Below are positions 59,701-64,000 of a stretch of 64,000 nt of DNA, piece by piece. The stretch lies in NCBI GenBank assembly GCA_964247055.1, contig OZ176054.1, positions 7,316,001 through 7,380,000 on the forward strand, written 5' to 3'. The stretch's first letter is position 1, and each line of letters opens with the position of its first letter. The notes beneath the pieces are model-generated. The model worked only from the letters and a program-made list of their open reading frames with translations. It was not told where the DNA came from and did no database searches. The translations under genes and the position numbers were made by a program. The DNA is from Paragordius varius. Lineage: Eukaryota; Animalia; Nematomorpha.

Positions 59701-60860
59701 CATATGCTTATATTATTTGAAAATTGATATGACTCCATATTTATTATCCCTAGGTCAATGATAGTTCTTTCAACTTGATTGGAGAATCTCAGGAGGAAGA
59801 TCGTCGCTTAATAGCTCAATTAACATTGGAAAAAATGGAAGATCTTTGTCTTCGTGATAAAAAGTAACATTTGTTTTTTTATTTTTTATCAAGACATTGT
59901 ATAAAACTTTTCTATCATATTATTAATTAAATATTTTTTGTCGATAGATCAAAAGGTGCTAAACACTCAATAGGTAAATCTGATGTTCCAGTTTCAGGTT
60001 ACGAACATTCCAATAACATGATACCATCTTCCAAATATCTTTTATCAAGCAGGCAAAATTCCATATCTGATATTTCTACTAGCCAGGGCTCTAATGTCGA
60101 ACAGCAACCTAATTTTAGATATCCTGGTCATAAAGGTGGGCCTAAATTAATACCCACGGAATCCTCGAGTAAAAATATGGCTATACGAGACTTGGTCGAT
60201 GAAAGCGGTGTTATAATGGCGAGAAAAACGCAGGAAAGCAATTATAAAGGCAGCACCACACAGGCCAGCGAAAGAAGGCAACAAGAGGAACAAGAATTAC
60301 GAAAACGACAAGCATACAAGGAAGCTCTCTTAACTGGAGAATTAATACCTCCCTCAATGCCACCGCCACCACCTATACCACCCCATCCTTCTTCGGGTAC
60401 AACTACGCCCGCTTCCAGATACCCTGGTCAAAATCCAGCAAAACACCCTGCTTCTTCCGGCATGTCTCATTCTAGCAGTGGAGAAAGTGGAAAAAGTGCA
60501 AAGGGTCCGGAAAGATTTTACGCACAAACCTATGAATCAGCGGGGGGAGCATTCATGCCGCCTTCTTCCACGATTAAGCGAGATGCTTTACAAAGTTCAA
60601 TGAAAAAACTTTGCGATGACACTAATAGAGCTTCCCAGGTTTCAAATTTATCTAATCAAAATTTGACATCAATAAGTCCGAATTCTCAAAACTCTGCTTT
60701 TATTTCACGAAATTACTCCTCACAAACAAATGGGAATAAAGGCTCAGAAAGGATAATGTCTGATTCCGAAAGCCTAAGAGAAAAAATAGATAAAGAGATT
60801 GTTGGGGATACGATGGGAAATCTGCGGAAAACATTTGCAGGCATATTCGGAGATTTATAG
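47768..60860 (+). CDS. SYN: Synapsin, about 11 exons; start codon unresolved
   Basis: Domain A LRRRFSS. Domain [12 protein letters not shown]|SKYF, EQ|[48 protein letters not shown]|, [60 protein letters not shown]. Domain [13 protein letters not shown], stop. Confidence 0.95.
51308..53351 (-). CDS. TIMP: Divergent TIMP (tissue inhibitor of metalloproteinases), 375 aa, 5 exons (53351-53108, 52978-52860, 52762-52660, 52257-52118, 51829-51308), nested in a synapsin intron
   Basis: [80 protein letters not shown] and CLILWS follow TIMP motifs in order. Exon phases are consistent. It lies antisense in intron 51036-58108, the classical TIMP-hosting position. Confidence 0.88.
52292..52605. mobile_element. 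Foldback MITE with 21-bp arrays, copy e (inside a TIMP intron)
   Basis: 'tatatcatttacatttcaaattcaccc' ... 'gaactgtgaatggtatata'. Confidence 0.85.
54876..57608 (-). mobile_element. Full-length hAT transposon (2733 bp; Buster/SPIN/GTF2IRD2-like)
   Basis: TIR CAGGGGTGGCCA / TGGCCACCCCTG, with a perfect 8-bp TSD TAATATAT. Subterminal GCGGTCAC motifs occur at both ends. Confidence 0.95.
55516..57230 (-). pseudogene. Disrupted hAT transposase (one in-frame stop, about two frameshifts)
   Basis: [14 protein letters not shown] zinc finger, QLDESTD and ITTDGAPAM (D, D), YHCII, DVRWLSR, LAFLCDI and [12 protein letters not shown] (E), split over ORFs 56847-57230, 56333-56743 and 55516-56349. Confidence 0.9.
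57655..57840 (-). repeat. Copy of the hammerhead-bearing repeat with a mutated core
   Basis: The minus strand reads aaaccccaagtcaaatagttgtgtcgta-ATGATGG-gtactaacaatcac-GAAA-CTA-GTC-tacgattactattgacgaaggg; the flanks align with 40045-40205. Confidence 0.8.
58206..58468. mobile_element. Tc1/mariner-type MITE (263 bp)
   Basis: ta|CAGTAAAAATTAAAATTATACGGACAAA ... TTTGTCCGTAAAATTTCAATATTTACTG|ta. Confidence 0.8.
58545..58709. mobile_element. Tc1/mariner-type MITE (165 bp)
   Basis: ta|CAGTATGAGTAAGTATATATTG ... CAATGTATACTTACTTATACTG|ta. Confidence 0.7.
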
Positions 60861-61168
60861 AATATATTTATGAATTTATTTATAAATGCTAACTAAATAT
60901 CTATTTATTTGGCTTAATGTGGTTGACCAATTCATTGGACTCATAAAAAATATATTTTAATGTGCTCTTTATTATTAATGTTTGTAGTACATGATCAAAT
61001 AAATGATATTATTTATTTCTATATTTTGAATTACAACTATTAACTTAAGTACTCCATAAACTCCTATTGATAATGTTAGAAATATATGGGATAGACTCTA
61101 CAACAAATAAATTTATTTGTGTACAATATAAAAATCACTGATGAAAATAGTGATCATACGCATTTTGT

Positions 61169-61517
61169 TATATACCATTAAAGTTTAAATACACCCTTAA
61201 ACAATTCAAATTCACCCTTGAATCAAATACACCCTTAAACAATTAGAATTCACCCTTGAACAATTCAAATTCACCATAAAATAAATTGTGTTTTTCAAGA
61301 TAAAAAATTACATGTATTTTTATATATTTTTAAAAATGAAAATTCGGTTAACCTTAATATAATACTGAAAAAGTAATAAACTATGCCATTAGAATTTATT
61401 TCTCATCAATAATGAGTTATATTAGCCCGAAAACACATAATTTATTTCTAGGATGAATTCGAATTGTTCAAGGGGGAATTGAATTGTTCAAGGGTGAATT
61501 TGTTGTAAATGGTATAT
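61169..61517. mobile_element. Foldback MITE with 21-bp arrays, copy f
   Basis: 'tataccattaaagtttaaatacaccc' ... 'ttgtaaatggtata'. Confidence 0.85.
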
Positions 61518-62898
61518 TTTGGCAGTAAATGTTTAAAATAAAATTGGCTGTTTGGCTCTGTTTAAGTTCGATTGGTATTTAAATTTTAGACTTTAAAGTT
61601 TATAAAAATGTATATAATAGAGCTTTTATTGATATTGGGTAATCATATTTTACAACAAATACCTCAAACATTATATTTTTAATTCACCACCCCTATGTTT
61701 TGTTTTCAAAAATATGGTATTAACTGTTTTATAGGTGTATAAAAATATGTTAATCGATTAAGGTTATTTTCTTACTTTTTGAAACAGTTTTAGACCCCAG
61801 ATTAATTTTAAAAATCGAACATTATAAAAAAGTATTTAAAATATTGGGCCAAGTTTAAAAATATAAATTATTTAGCTTTTACGCACATAATTCAAAATAT
61901 ACTTAGAAATGTAAAATAATTAAATATCCTCATCTCAAACTTTTTCGCCGCCATTTTCATGATTTTTCAAATCGCTAACACAACAACGATAAATTTATGT
62001 TATAGTTAGAATAATCTCCATTCAAAAGCTTCACTAACATTTTAGCAACCTTTATTTATATTTATTGATTATATCAGCTGTTTACTACAATTGATTGTTA
62101 TCCCAAATTTGGACTCTCGAAGTATAAAAACTGCTTAAAAATATAAGCTTTTTTATGGAACCCTTTGAAACAGTAGTTTATTTACAAGTCTAAGCTCTGG
62201 GCTATACAAAAATTATAATAAAGTGTTTAATACATCTATAAATTTAAGTTGGATTACTTCCACACGTGAAATTAATCACAGTTCCAACTCTAGACATGCC
62301 TCGGCTTTATATAAATTTTGATTATGCATCATAACTAAATATAATTTAATATAATTTTGAACTGATTATGAAAGAAAACCTTCAAATAATTTGTTTGACT
62401 AACACATATTAATATTGCATTAAGAATTAAAACCGATACCGCTTTCGGTTTCGTTAAGTAAAATTTATTGCCCATTTTTTTCCAATTTTATGACAAAAAA
62501 GGCTTTGATCAAATCGTTTCAGTACCATTTTTCTAAAATAATGTATTTTCATTAATCCAGATATAATTATTTGCAATAAAATATATTTTAACAAAGTATA
62601 CATATGATAAATGCAAAAATGTAAAACTTTTAAACAAAATAAAATACCATACTGCCTTTTTTAAGTTTACCTTCTACAGGCCCAGCATGATTGTTTTCTC
62701 CACTTTGTTATTGCGGATGACACGATAGTCACAAAAAAAGGAAAGGTTAAATTAAGTATTTTTATTGTATCAAGGACCATGCACCATATAATACTGACAA
62801 ATACTGCATGGCTGGTTGATAAATATATGCATATACATACCTTAAATGAGTTTATATAAAAATAAGTGATTAACTCTGGCTTAATAGAGTATTTTTAG

Positions 62899-63465
62899 GG
62901 CAGCGGTGCGACTACCACCGGTAGAGGTTTTGACAAGATCGAAAAATCCTCACATTAGGTAAAAATAAATATTTTGGTTGAATCTAAATGATTCATTTAA
63001 GTTATTTGTCATTACATTATATACTAAAAGCATAACTGTAAGTATTAGTTTTGTATATCAGCTTTAAGAGTCACTTTAAATCCGTCAATATGGGCGAGTT
63101 TCCTAAAATGAAAAACGTAAGAAAGCCGAATGCATACTCTTATTTTGGTATATACCCTTTATTTTATATACGACCATTACAATATTCATTTCTTATAAAA
63201 TGAATTAGCATATTCTAGAAACCTACCGACAGTGTAAAATTTCATTTAATAATGAAAAATCTGCACACGGTGTTAGAAAACATCTATCACCTCTTATTTA
63301 TTTTATTCAACTAAATTTCTATGGAATCGTATATTTTCCTGCTCATTGCAGACATATTTTGGAATTCAAAGGGTTTCATCAAAAATTCTAGGGTTTATAG
63401 CGTATTCTATGATGCACAAATAAATGACGACACAATATCTATTTTCAAAAATGCAAAGTAGCCTT
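62899..63465 (+). CDS. Possible internal exons of an unidentified spliced gene
   Basis: Four short phase-compatible GT-AG exons (~62899-62958, ~63062-63148, ~63219-63267, ~63349-63465) give about 100 aa (AAVRLPPVEVLTRSKNPHISFKSHF...DIFWNSKGFIKNSRVYSVFYDAQ). Start and end were not found. Confidence 0.25.
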
Positions 63466-64000
63466 TTTTCCGTAAAACGAGTAGCCTTAGTCTAATATAA
63501 TAAAAAATATTGCCTTAGCATGTATGAGACTCTATTCTCACTGTTTTCACTGATCCTCCCATCTAAAAGTTTTTAAAATTAGCTATCAAAAGGTATACAT
63601 ATTCGAACAGGTCTTAATAATGGATACCAAACTTAGGCCAAATAAGTTCTAACATGATGAGTTTGCTAATATCAACCAATAATTTGCTGTAACTTTCCTA
63701 AATGAAGCGTGAAAACACTCTATCTTAAGAATCTTGATATATTTTACTATCTAAATACATGTATTCTCTCATAAATATATAGGTAGGACTGATTTCGTAT
63801 ATTGTAGAGACATAAAGTATTTTGATTAAAATAATTTGAATTAAAAAAAATCCATTCTAAGCCCTTATAAAAAAATAAAATCTTGATAACTAATTATAAT
63901 CTCAAACATTAATGCACCATTTTTTTCAATTTTTATTATTAAATTTAAAAAATATATTTTATGGTGGGAAGCAGGATTGTTTCTGGCGATATTTTGTACG

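Overview
Very AT-rich (roughly 25% GC by eye) genomic DNA from an invertebrate animal, containing spliced genes. The ORF track misses most coding exons, so I reconstructed them by hand from GT/AG boundaries and frame. In order: (1) 1-13992, three diverged tandem copies of a ~4 kb gene-like unit riddled with stops; the third copy carries a TTAA-flanked MITE that itself contains a Helitron. (2) UFSP2 (-). (3) An unidentified 165-aa gene (-) head-to-head with MPC1 (+). (4) A SEC14L1/retm-like gene (-). (5) Self-nested TTAA MITEs. (6) An inward-rectifier K+ channel (+). (7) Synapsin (+), whose 7 kb intron holds a divergent antisense TIMP and a decayed full-length hAT transposon. At least four MITE families are scattered throughout. 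The most striking observations are obligatory 22-26 nt GT-AG introns (including a 4-nt exon flanked by 23- and 24-nt introns) alongside kb-sized introns, and a dispersed repeat family carrying a minimal type-I hammerhead ribozyme, with one intact-core copy in the sense strand of the Kir intron. Gene identities come from recognising motifs; no database searches were run.
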